Shown here in pieces: positions 20,203-29,011 of a stretch of DNA of 54,067 nucleotides. Position numbers and translations under genes: made by a program. This stretch comes from a virus (taxonomy: Duplodnaviria > Caudoviricetes), in IMG/VR virus record IMGVR_UViG_3300033153_006334, positions 1 through 54,067 of that record; one strand, written 5' to 3'. Numbering within the stretch: position 1 is the stretch's first letter; each line of letters begins with the position of its first letter. The notes below the pieces were generated by a model, which made no database searches, was not told the origin of the DNA, and saw nothing but the letters and a program-made list of their open reading frames with translations.

Positions 20203-21358
20203 AATATGCAATACAACTCTGAAGAAGTTTTTAGATTTAGGGAAACAGCCAATCGCCAATAAGTTTTTGAAAGCAGATGAACTTTTGAATGAGAGATACT
20301 ACAAACTTGAGATGTTCTTTTGTCCCGAGTGTTATACGGTGCAGATAGGAAACTGTCCCTCAAAAGAAGATGTATTCAATGATGAGTATGCCTTTTATTC
20401 TTCAACTTCTGAATACATGAAACGACACTTTGAAAATCTGGCAGTGGGGATAAAAGAGAGTAAGATGCTGCCAAGAAATGGTTTTATTGTTGAGATAGGA
20501 AGTAATGATGGTACATTTCTAAAAAACTTTAGGGATTATGACCATTTAGGAATTGAGCCATCGAGAAATGTTTGCCTTGCTGCGAGTGAAAATGATATGG
20601 TGTGTTTGAACAGATTTTTCAATGAAGAAACTGCGAATTGGATTATTGATATGTATGGCAAAGCTGATGTGATAGTCACAACAAATTGCTTTCCACATAT
20701 GATTGATAGAGGGTCAGTACTCAATGGGATAAGGAAGTTGATGAAACCTTCAGGAATATGGATAAATGAAGAAGCATATTTACAGAATATAATAGGCAAA
20801 TGCTCTTATGACCAGTTCTATAATGAGCATATTTATTTTTCTTCCATTGCTTCATTTAAAAAAGTTGTGAAAATGTATGGCATGAACTTATGGAATATGC
20901 GATTAATTCCGGTACATGGTGGGTCTATTAGATATTATACCACACATGGAGATATAGCGCCTTCTCATCAATTTAGTATGAATGATTATGAAGTCAAAGA
21001 AAACTTAAATCTGTTTTGTAGGTTTGAGCAGTTTGCAGAAGATGTTAAAACAAGACGGCATATATTTTTAGATAAGATGCTCGAATTAAAAGGGGATGTT
21101 GTTGGATATGGAGCAACAGCGAAAAGCACAACAGTATTAAATTATTGTAAGATAGGTAATAGTTTAATAAGCAGGATATATGATACGACACCTATCAAGC
21201 AGGGAAAACTTAGTCCGGGGATGCATGTTCCAGTTGTACCTTATTATGAATTTGAAAGAGATAATCCTAAAAATGTGGTTATGTTTGCTTGGAATCATAT
21301 GGAAGAGATTATGGAAAAAGAAAAGGGAAAGGATATCAATTGGATTCTACCAATATAA
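20192..21358 (+). CDS. NDP-hexose C-methyltransferase (zinc-binding, TcaB9/NovU-like)
   Basis: CRIC...CPEC zinc site; 'VEIGSNDG'; 'YDQFYNEH'; 'VHGGSIR'; 'GYGATAKS'; 'FAWN'. Confidence 0.9.
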   Translation: MECRICNTTLKKFLDLGKQPIANKFLKADELLNERYYKLEMFFCPECYTVQIGNCPSKEDVFNDEYAFYSSTSEYMKRHFENLAVGIKESKMLPRNGFIVEIGSNDGTFLKNFRDYDHLGIEPSRNVCLAASENDMVCLNRFFNEETANWIIDMYGKADVIVTTNCFPHMIDRGSVLNGIRKLMKPSGIWINEEAYLQNIIGKCSYDQFYNEHIYFSSIASFKKVVKMYGMNLWNMRLIPVHGGSIRYYTTHGDIAPSHQFSMNDYEVKENLNLFCRFEQFAEDVKTRRHIFLDKMLELKGDVVGYGATAKSTTVLNYCKIGNSLISRIYDTTPIKQGKLSPGMHVPVVPYYEFERDNPKNVVMFAWNHMEEIMEKEKGKDINWILPI

Positions 21359-22020
21359 ATAAATATGTGTATATACATATTCCAAGATGTGCTGGTACCT
21401 TTACTAGAGATGTTCTTAGGAATACTTTTGGAATAAAAAGAGTGTATCGAGATTTAGCCTATAAAAAGGAAGCCAAGCTGCACAAATCACAAAACAAGGA
21501 AGAACCATTTATTGTCAACCGTTTTGTTTTGTGTGAACGAGTGTACCCAAAAAGATTCCACATTATTGACGAAAAAAACTATGACATTATCTTTGGTCAT
21601 TTTACAATAAGAAAATATGGAATGATGGGTTGGCCTTTTATTACTTTTTTGAGAGACCCAGTTGAAAGAGTTATTTCTGAATACAATGCTTTGAAGAGGG
21701 AAAATGAAAAATATTTTAATCTAAGCGTTGTAGAATATGCGAGTCTGAATCGAAACTTGCTAACATGGATGCTAAATGGCAGTATTGATGACCTTTCTTT
21801 TATCGGATTTGTAGAGAAGTATGAGGAGAGTTTAGAAAGACTTGAATCTTTTTTAGGCAAGAAAGTAATAAGAATTGGTAGAGCGAGAAAAAACCATAGT
21901 AATTATAAAAACAGAAAATACAAGAAATATATGCCTACTGATGAAGAGAGAAAGATAATTGAATCTTTTAATAAATTAGACATGGAGTTGTATAGGGAAG
22001 CTTATGAAACCATTAGTTGA
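21289..22020 (+). CDS. PAPS-dependent sulfotransferase (Sulfotransfer_2-like)
   Basis: 5'-PSB 'HIPRCAGT'; 'GHF'; 3'-PB 'FLRDPVERVISEY'; 'NKLDMELY'; true start may be TTG at 21340. Confidence 0.85.
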   Translation: MESYGRDYGKRKGKGYQLDSTNINKYVYIHIPRCAGTFTRDVLRNTFGIKRVYRDLAYKKEAKLHKSQNKEEPFIVNRFVLCERVYPKRFHIIDEKNYDIIFGHFTIRKYGMMGWPFITFLRDPVERVISEYNALKRENEKYFNLSVVEYASLNRNLLTWMLNGSIDDLSFIGFVEKYEESLERLESFLGKKVIRIGRARKNHSNYKNRKYKKYMPTDEERKIIESFNKLDMELYREAYETIS

Positions 22021-22594
22021 TATTTACAAGGACAGTTTTTTCAGAACGAGAAACAAATTAATGTGGCGAGTTCCGATAGTGTGTGAGCCAATAGTGAACG
22101 AATTTGAACCACATTCAATTGTTGATGTGGGATGTGGGATAGGCGATTATGTTATGGGATTTCTTGGAGCCGGAGTTCCTTTTGCTCATGGAATAGAGGG
22201 CTCAGAAAACTGCATTCGCCATTTGGTTGTAAATCCAAAATATATAACCATTGCAGATTTACGGACACAACTTGATTTGCAGAAGTCCTTTGAGGTAGCA
22301 ATGAGCTTTGAAGTAGCAGAACATATCGAGCCAGAGTATGCAGATATTTTTTTGCTTAATCTTACCAACTTAGCTAATCGAATATTGATAACTGCGGCTC
22401 CTCCCGGACAAGGGGGACACTATCACGTTAACTGCCAACCAAAAGAATACTGGATAGACAAATTCAATCTTCTTGGATACGACAATATTCAAGAGAGAGC
22501 CGAGAACATTAAGAAGTTTTGGGAGCCTTGGAAACACAGGAAAGAAATATATGGAGGCTATTATAACAATCTACTGTATTTTGAGAGGAGGTAG
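22004..22594 (+). CDS. class I SAM-dependent methyltransferase
   Basis: 'VDVGCGIG'; 'SFEVAEHI'; 'PGQGGHYHVNCQ'. Confidence 0.85.
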   Translation: MKPLVDIYKDSFFRTRNKLMWRVPIVCEPIVNEFEPHSIVDVGCGIGDYVMGFLGAGVPFAHGIEGSENCIRHLVVNPKYITIADLRTQLDLQKSFEVAMSFEVAEHIEPEYADIFLLNLTNLANRILITAAPPGQGGHYHVNCQPKEYWIDKFNLLGYDNIQERAENIKKFWEPWKHRKEIYGGYYNNLLYFERR

Positions 22595-22596
22595 AA

Positions 22597-23325
22597 ATGG
22601 ATATTGATGTGACGATTACAGCTTGCAGAAGACCAAAAGTTTTGGCAAGAACGATGGTTTCATTTTATGAAAATATGTTATCTGGTCATAAATGTAGGGC
22701 AGCTATCAATATTGACCCTATAGGAGATGGGGATGAACAGGAAACATTGGTTAATTGTCAAATAGCTTGCAATATTGGAGCTTATAGATTGCCAAAACAA
22801 GCAAACTTTTCAAAAGCTTTTAAATGGGTTTGGCAAAACAAAGGGGATGCAGAATTTGTATTGCATTTAGAAGATGATTGGGAATTATTGAAGAAAGTAA
22901 ACATAGAACACATGGCAAATATGTTAAGAAGACATCCGAAACTTGCTTTGCTTAGATTGCCTCAGTTTAAAGCTGATGGGGACAAGATGAAAAATTGGAA
23001 CAAGTTCTTCCCATGGAATGGGGAGTACTTTGAGTGTCCAGAAGAGTTGAAGATGTCAGTTGGCTTCTGTGGACATCCATCACTTATAAAAAGGGAGTTC
23101 ATTGATAACACTGTAAATTATATTGATACAAACAAAAACCCTGAGAAGCAGTTTCACAGAGGTCCCAAAGAGATAATGGAAGAAGTTGCTAAATGGAGTT
23201 ATGGTGTTTATGGAACACCTAAAGAGTCTGCATTTATCCGAGACATAGGAAGAAAATGGATGATTGAAAACAAATGGAAGAAGAAAGGAAGCAAAGCATA
23301 TTTTATGGAGTGGGAGAAAAACTAA
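22597..23325 (+). CDS. GT2 glycosyltransferase (paralog of 18109-18774)
   Basis: 'RRPKVLARTMVSF', 'HLEDDWE', 'RDIG'. Confidence 0.8.
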   Translation: MDIDVTITACRRPKVLARTMVSFYENMLSGHKCRAAINIDPIGDGDEQETLVNCQIACNIGAYRLPKQANFSKAFKWVWQNKGDAEFVLHLEDDWELLKKVNIEHMANMLRRHPKLALLRLPQFKADGDKMKNWNKFFPWNGEYFECPEELKMSVGFCGHPSLIKREFIDNTVNYIDTNKNPEKQFHRGPKEIMEEVAKWSYGVYGTPKESAFIRDIGRKWMIENKWKKKGSKAYFMEWEKN

Positions 23326-23337
23326 AAGGAGGTTATT

Positions 23338-24171
23338 ATGAATTACTGCGACCCGGAAGGATTTAAAAATGAATTAAGAGAGATCAAAAAGAAAGGGAGA
23401 GATACTTTCTTTTCTTGGTTTGATGGAGGTGAGACAGTAGACGGAGCATACGAGAAAGCAGAGGATATTTTTTATCGTTTAATGCTGCCTTGGGCTAAAA
23501 AACACTTGGGAGATTTGAGCAATAAAATCTCTTTGGATATTGGCTATGGTGGGGGCGGACAAGTCCTTTCGGCTTCCGAGCGTTTTAAGTATGCTACAGG
23601 GTTGGATGTACATGATGAAATCGGCTTTGTTGAGGCAGAGCTACGAAAAAGGCAGGGTGGAGAAAATAAAAACACTGCTTTGTTTATATCTAATGGTGAT
23701 ACTATTCCTATGGACAGAGATTCAATTGATTTTATTCATTCATGGGTTACCTTTCTCCATCTTGGAACTATTGAAGTTGTGGAATCTTATCTAAAAGAGA
23801 TGTTCCGAGTTATGAAAGAGGGAGGAGTTGCAGTTATCTTTTTTACTCGTTTAGTTCGGAGTAATCGAGTTCAAAGTTTGAAGCAGTATACGGCAGACTT
23901 GAGTAAGGAACAGACAAATAAACTTGGATACAGGGAAGGAGGTCCCTTAACAAGAGTCAATCTACCAAATTTTGTCTTGTCCTTATGGAAGATGCAAGAG
24001 CTTGTTAGAAAACATGGTTTCAAACTATTGGATACAACACGCTCACAGGATGGGAAGAATAAGATATATGGTCAGCATGGAGTGGTGTTTCAGAAACCTA
24101 AAAAGGAAAAGTTGGATACAAGGAAAAAGAAACCAATAATCATCAAAGTAAAGAAAGGAAAAAAGAAATGA
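23338..24171 (+). CDS. class I SAM-dependent methyltransferase
   Basis: 'LDIGYGGG'; 'SIDFIHS...FLHL'; 'EMFRVMKEGG'. Confidence 0.85.
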   Translation: MNYCDPEGFKNELREIKKKGRDTFFSWFDGGETVDGAYEKAEDIFYRLMLPWAKKHLGDLSNKISLDIGYGGGGQVLSASERFKYATGLDVHDEIGFVEAELRKRQGGENKNTALFISNGDTIPMDRDSIDFIHSWVTFLHLGTIEVVESYLKEMFRVMKEGGVAVIFFTRLVRSNRVQSLKQYTADLSKEQTNKLGYREGGPLTRVNLPNFVLSLWKMQELVRKHGFKLLDTTRSQDGKNKIYGQHGVVFQKPKKEKLDTRKKKPIIIKVKKGKKK

Positions 24172-25094
24172 GCAAACTATCAATCATTATGCCATTTTGT
24201 AATGAATTTCCCCAATTGATGTTTACTGTTCAAGCAGTAGCACAGTCACTTTTGGGTAGAGTCGATTTTGAACTAATCGCAATTAACAACTACTGCGAAG
24301 AAGTCAAAGCACAGAACAGAGAGCAAGACAAAGGTGGGGAAACAATAAAAGCATGTCAGCGAGGGAACAAATGGCTAAAGTATCTTGAATATACAGATAA
24401 GCTTTCTCATTGGCAGTCAAAGAATTTGGGAGTCCAACATTCAACAGGGGATATTTTGTGGTTTGTCGATGCCCACTGTGCTATCTCAAGAGATGGATTG
24501 TTTGACATGTTTCATTATTATATTAAAAATCAAGATAGATTAAATGGAACAATTCATCTTCCATTGACATATAAAATACTTGAATGGCACAGACTCATTT
24601 ACAAGCTGGCTGGGGAAATCGAGCAAGGAAATCTACATTACTCCTTTACAGGATACCGTGCAGCAGATGAGCCCTACGAAGTACCTTGTATGTCAACGTG
24701 TGGAATGATGATATCAAGAGAAATCTACGATAAATTGGGAGGCTGGCCTGTTGAGCTTGGAATATACGGAGGTGGAGAGAACTTTATTAACTACACTCTT
24801 GCTGTTTTAGGAATGAAAAAATGGATAATGACGGGAGGCGGAACGCTGTTTCATCATGGGGAGAAACGAGGCTATCATTGGAACGGTGACGATATGATAA
24901 GGAACAGATTTATTGCTAATTATATGTTTGGTGGGGACAAGTGGTTATCCTTAATGAAAGAAAATCGTAAAGGGAGAAAAGAAGTATTGACAAAAATCTA
25001 TGAAGATGTTAAGGCAACCTGTAAAAAACACAGAGAGTTTATTAAAACTAAACAGGTAATTTCTATTGAAGAATGGCTAAACAAATGGAGGTGA
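24168..25094 (+). CDS. GT-A glycosyltransferase, polypeptide N-acetylgalactosaminyltransferase (GT27)-like
   Basis: 'SIIMPFCNE'; DxH 'FVDAHC'; 'LGGW...GIYGGGEN' resembling the WGGEN motif. Confidence 0.7.
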   Translation: MSKLSIIMPFCNEFPQLMFTVQAVAQSLLGRVDFELIAINNYCEEVKAQNREQDKGGETIKACQRGNKWLKYLEYTDKLSHWQSKNLGVQHSTGDILWFVDAHCAISRDGLFDMFHYYIKNQDRLNGTIHLPLTYKILEWHRLIYKLAGEIEQGNLHYSFTGYRAADEPYEVPCMSTCGMMISREIYDKLGGWPVELGIYGGGENFINYTLAVLGMKKWIMTGGGTLFHHGEKRGYHWNGDDMIRNRFIANYMFGGDKWLSLMKENRKGRKEVLTKIYEDVKATCKKHREFIKTKQVISIEEWLNKWR

Positions 25095-25099
25095 CTGAA

Positions 25100-26086
25100 A
25101 TGAAATTTAAACATTTAATAATAGGGGTTCTTATTGGGCTGCTACTTGGTGGAGGTATAGTTTTTGCTAAGTGGTCTGACTACGGGGAATTAGCATCTGG
25201 CAACATAGTTGATGGTGATGATTTTCTTGTAAGAGATGTTTCAGATGAATCCCTTGCTGCTACTGGAACACAGAAAAGATATAGTTGGGCTTCAATTAAG
25301 ACAGATTTGGGCTCTGCCGGATTTGGTGGAGATATAACAGCCGTTCTTGACTGTGCCTCTGGCGATTGTGATGATTTAGTAGATGCACCCACAGCTTTTG
25401 CAAGCACAGACGCCACTCCTGATGTATCAAGTGGAGCAGTATTTATAACCGCAAATGCAAGCGGTACAACAATAACGGATTTTGATACTGAATTAACAAA
25501 TGGTAAAATTATCTTTGTTATTGTGAATGATGCAAATACTACCTTTGATTTTACAGGCGAAGGGCTCGAAGGAATGTCCAACGATTATCTTGCAGATACA
25601 GGCGATCTTTTAATTTTTGTCTATACGACTACAGACAATCAATGGCACGCCACTATGTTTCCAAAGGAAATGAATGTGACTCTTGGTGGTTTTACTGCAA
25701 CGAGGTCTTTAGTTTCAGATGGAAGTGGAGATGTGATAGTTTCGTCAGGAGTTACTCTTGAATCTACTGCAACGATTGATTTAGACACTCCCGAAAAAGC
25801 AAGAGGGGCAATGATATTTAACAATGCCAACACTGTTCTTGATGTTACTTTGCCACCAGCAGCAGCCGGGTTAGAGGTATGGGTTTATTCTCTTTATGCA
25901 CAGGTGGTAACTATTGATGTTGATGACGGAGTTGATGTTATTCTTCTCAATGGAGCAAGTGTGGGGGCAGGAGATTCTATTGATTCCCCCGGCACAGTTG
26001 GAGATTTTATTCATCTTGTTGCTATAGATGCTACTTATTGGGTAACTCTTGAACGGTCTGGTACATGGATTGATGGGGGACCATAA
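25100..26086 (+). CDS. acidic beta-rich protein with N-terminal signal peptide/TM; fibre-like
   Basis: GGAGGTGA RBS before ATG 25100; MKFKHLIIGVLIGLLLGGGIVFA; 'VTLPPAAAGL' fibre-type motif. Confidence 0.6.
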   Translation: MKFKHLIIGVLIGLLLGGGIVFAKWSDYGELASGNIVDGDDFLVRDVSDESLAATGTQKRYSWASIKTDLGSAGFGGDITAVLDCASGDCDDLVDAPTAFASTDATPDVSSGAVFITANASGTTITDFDTELTNGKIIFVIVNDANTTFDFTGEGLEGMSNDYLADTGDLLIFVYTTTDNQWHATMFPKEMNVTLGGFTATRSLVSDGSGDVIVSSGVTLESTATIDLDTPEKARGAMIFNNANTVLDVTLPPAAAGLEVWVYSLYAQVVTIDVDDGVDVILLNGASVGAGDSIDSPGTVGDFIHLVAIDATYWVTLERSGTWIDGGP

Positions 26087-27246
26087 TGAAAAAAACACTT
26101 ATATGTCTTTTTATTTTATTGATGCCTTTATTCTGTTTTGCTGCCCCAAGTGTAACAGGGGTATCGGGAACATGGACACATGGTGAGGCTGTTACAATTT
26201 CAGGTTCTAACTTTGGTACAAAGTCTCCTGCTGCACCTCTTATGTGGGACGATGCTGAAGGTAGAACCAGAGATACTCATACGGCTCTGACTTCTCATGG
26301 ATGGGATTATGTAAATCAGATTGCATATGCTTTTGACCCTGAATATAAATCTGATGGGTTCAGAAATGTGTCTGCTGCGCATAGTCAATCTTTGCAGCAT
26401 ATAGCTTTTGGACACGATTATAGCTCTAACCCCTCAAATCCTGCAAACACAATGGATGTTGGGATGGATGCTGGGTCAAACCAAGCTCAATGGTTTATGA
26501 TTTGTTATTATAGACTTGACCCGCTTTTTCCTGAGTATGAATCAGGGAGCAATATTAAAGACTTATGGCTTGCTGTTGATGGGTTTGATGAGTCTGGTGA
26601 CCCACACAATTATTTCTATCAAGATCAGGATGCTCTAACAGATGCCGAGACAATAGGTTTTGGTCTATTACAGGGGAATAGTGAGGGGGATTGTGATGTT
26701 TTGTGGTTTAAGGATTCTCCGTATGACGACAGGGGAAATAACCCTTTTAATGATTGGGTTCACTATGAGTACAAAATAGGGACAGATATTGGGTTAGAAA
26801 AGTTGTCTATAGATAATGTTCCTAGTTATGGTTATGATGAAGCTGACTGTATTGGGGGTAGAGGGAATACTCGTTATATTACAGTGGGGACATACTACAG
26901 GAAAAACTCAACCCTTGCTACAGACGATGATGCTTTTAGGCATTATGACGATATATATATTGATATTACGTTATCAAGGGTGATGCTTGCTAATAATTCA
27001 ACTTATTCAAGTGCAACAATTATAGAACCACAAATACCTTCTGCCTGGGCTACTGGTGAAATAACAGTTACAGTAAATCAAGGAGCAATACCAGATGGCA
27101 CGGCATATCTTTTTGTATTTGATAGCTCCAATGATGCTAATGGAACAGGTTATGAAATAACATTGGGCGATGGTGAAGAAGGAACTTGTTTTATAGGGGG
27201 CTCCCAAACAATAAAAAGCGGAAGCCAAACAATGATTTTTAAATAA
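26086..27246 (+). CDS. secreted protein with IPT/TIG-like start and lectin/lyase-like beta-sandwich
   Basis: Signal peptide MKKTLICLFILLMPLFCFA; 'VTISGSNFGTK'; 'WVHYEY...YDDIYID'. Confidence 0.6.
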   Translation: MKKTLICLFILLMPLFCFAAPSVTGVSGTWTHGEAVTISGSNFGTKSPAAPLMWDDAEGRTRDTHTALTSHGWDYVNQIAYAFDPEYKSDGFRNVSAAHSQSLQHIAFGHDYSSNPSNPANTMDVGMDAGSNQAQWFMICYYRLDPLFPEYESGSNIKDLWLAVDGFDESGDPHNYFYQDQDALTDAETIGFGLLQGNSEGDCDVLWFKDSPYDDRGNNPFNDWVHYEYKIGTDIGLEKLSIDNVPSYGYDEADCIGGRGNTRYITVGTYYRKNSTLATDDDAFRHYDDIYIDITLSRVMLANNSTYSSATIIEPQIPSAWATGEITVTVNQGAIPDGTAYLFVFDSSNDANGTGYEITLGDGEEGTCFIGGSQTIKSGSQTMIFK

Positions 27247-27288
27247 ACAAAAACATCATTATTTAAATTAATTTAAGAGAAACAACCA

Positions 27289-28998
27289 ATGGCTAATGGA
27301 TTTGTAACAACAACCCCAAGTGTAAGGCATGGTACAAACGATGTACAGTTAGATGCTGGATTCGTTGTGTGCCAGAAATTTACTTGTCCGGGCAGTGGCG
27401 CACAGGATATTTCAGAAATTGGGGCATGGGTAGAAGATTCTGGATTTGAATTTAGATTGGCTATTTTTACAGATGATTCTGGAAATTCTTGCCCAGAAGT
27501 AATAGTTGCTAATTCCGAAAGTGCCACTTTATCTTCAGAAGCATCTATGGCAAAAACGAGCCATACATATGGAACAAATCCACAGCTTACGGGTGGGGTT
27601 GATTATTGGATTTGTGTATTTTTTGATAATTTAATTAATATAGATTATTTAAATAGCTCAGGTGAAAATTCTTTATATGTTACTGGCTATACAGCATATA
27701 CTTGGCCTACCGCTACAGATTGGCATACTAATACACCTGCTGCTACTTTCGACCTTGGTATTTACGCTGTTTATGCAGCTAGTGGTGAAACCACTACATC
27801 ATCTACAACCACTTCAAGTTCAACTACAACCACTTCAAGTTCAACTACCAGTACCATAAGTTCTACATCATCTACAACTACTTCAACTACAACCACTTCG
27901 AGTTCAACTACAACCACTTCAACCACATATCCACCAGTAATATTTGATGAAGGATTTGAGGGAATAGGATATGAAGAAGATAATTGGACAGTAGAATCAG
28001 GGATTGGCACTATTAACCCAGATTCCCCTGTTTCTAATGCTGGTTCTCCTACAACGTGGGGGGATAAGTGTTGCTATATAGATATAGTAGAACAGACATA
28101 TTTATATCAGCAAGTTGCTCCAAATGCCAAATATTGGAGAGTTGAGACGGTTGTTACTTCGGAGAATATTGATGATGGGCAAGAATTTATTATTTGTTCT
28201 GGGTACACATATGTTATAGGATTTGCTTGGAGTGTTGGTTGGTATAGGAATTTTTCTGGTGACATTCAATGGCGTATGAAATGTCGGCATGATGGAACAA
28301 GTAACTATTACTATGGATTAAAAACACCAAGACTAGACACACGTTATCGAATAGAAGTTAAATGGGACGCTGATACAGATACATGGGCGTGGCGACTTGA
28401 TGGAATAAATCAGCCAAATAATATTGATGATTCTGAACCTGTAACGTCTGAGGGGACACTCACTGATAACCACGTGCCCGACACCGGAGCAATATTTCTT
28501 GGTTCTGGGGATTTAACCTCTGCAAGTATCTATGTTGATTTGGTATCTGCTCGTACTTTTGATTGGGTTGGTGGAGACCCAATAACTACTACTACAACAA
28601 CTTCTTCAACAACTACAACAACTAGCCCACCAGTATTAGAAGGATATGCTTTTGGAGAACAAAATCCAACTGATGAAAACCAAGAATCTTGGGCAACATG
28701 GTCAGATGGAGCAGCAGGAAGCCCAACAATAATTGGTGATGCTGATTGGGGGCAATTGAAAGTCTGGTTAAATGCTTCAGGACAAAGTGCTGTTAAAGAT
28801 TTAGGAAGCACAAAAAACAGAATAATCGTAGTAAAAAGGGATAAATATGGCAGCGGTTCTGGTAGTATAACTATCTATATAAGAGGACAAGCAACATCAT
28901 TTACCCAAGATGAAGGTAGTCCTTCTTGGGAAGAATATACCACACCCGTAAATAAAAATTGGAGATACATACAAACAAGGATAGAATATACAACATAG
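27289..28998 (+). CDS. multi-domain putative virion protein, three beta-domains joined by Ser/Thr linkers
   Basis: S/T tracts at ~27790-27927 and ~28585-28626; central ConA-like pattern 'YRIEVKW...WRLDG'. Confidence 0.65.
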   Translation: MANGFVTTTPSVRHGTNDVQLDAGFVVCQKFTCPGSGAQDISEIGAWVEDSGFEFRLAIFTDDSGNSCPEVIVANSESATLSSEASMAKTSHTYGTNPQLTGGVDYWICVFFDNLINIDYLNSSGENSLYVTGYTAYTWPTATDWHTNTPAATFDLGIYAVYAASGETTTSSTTTSSSTTTTSSSTTSTISSTSSTTTSTTTTSSSTTTTSTTYPPVIFDEGFEGIGYEEDNWTVESGIGTINPDSPVSNAGSPTTWGDKCCYIDIVEQTYLYQQVAPNAKYWRVETVVTSENIDDGQEFIICSGYTYVIGFAWSVGWYRNFSGDIQWRMKCRHDGTSNYYYGLKTPRLDTRYRIEVKWDADTDTWAWRLDGINQPNNIDDSEPVTSEGTLTDNHVPDTGAIFLGSGDLTSASIYVDLVSARTFDWVGGDPITTTTTTSSTTTTTSPPVLEGYAFGEQNPTDENQESWATWSDGAAGSPTIIGDADWGQLKVWLNASGQSAVKDLGSTKNRIIVVKRDKYGSGSGSITIYIRGQATSFTQDEGSPSWEEYTTPVNKNWRYIQTRIEYTT

Positions 28999-29011
28999 AC
29001 GGGTTTTAATT

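Noticed and set aside
14511-25094. Cluster as a DNA hypermodification pathway
   Set aside because: No hydroxymethylase, TET/JBP or nucleotide kinase is visible, and the cluster lies in the tail operon among S/T genes. Disfavoured, but not excluded by this window alone.
27247-27288. AT-rich palindrome TTAAATTAATTTAA as promoter or operator
   Set aside because: Such a palindrome is plausible by chance at this AT content, and no second copy was noticed.
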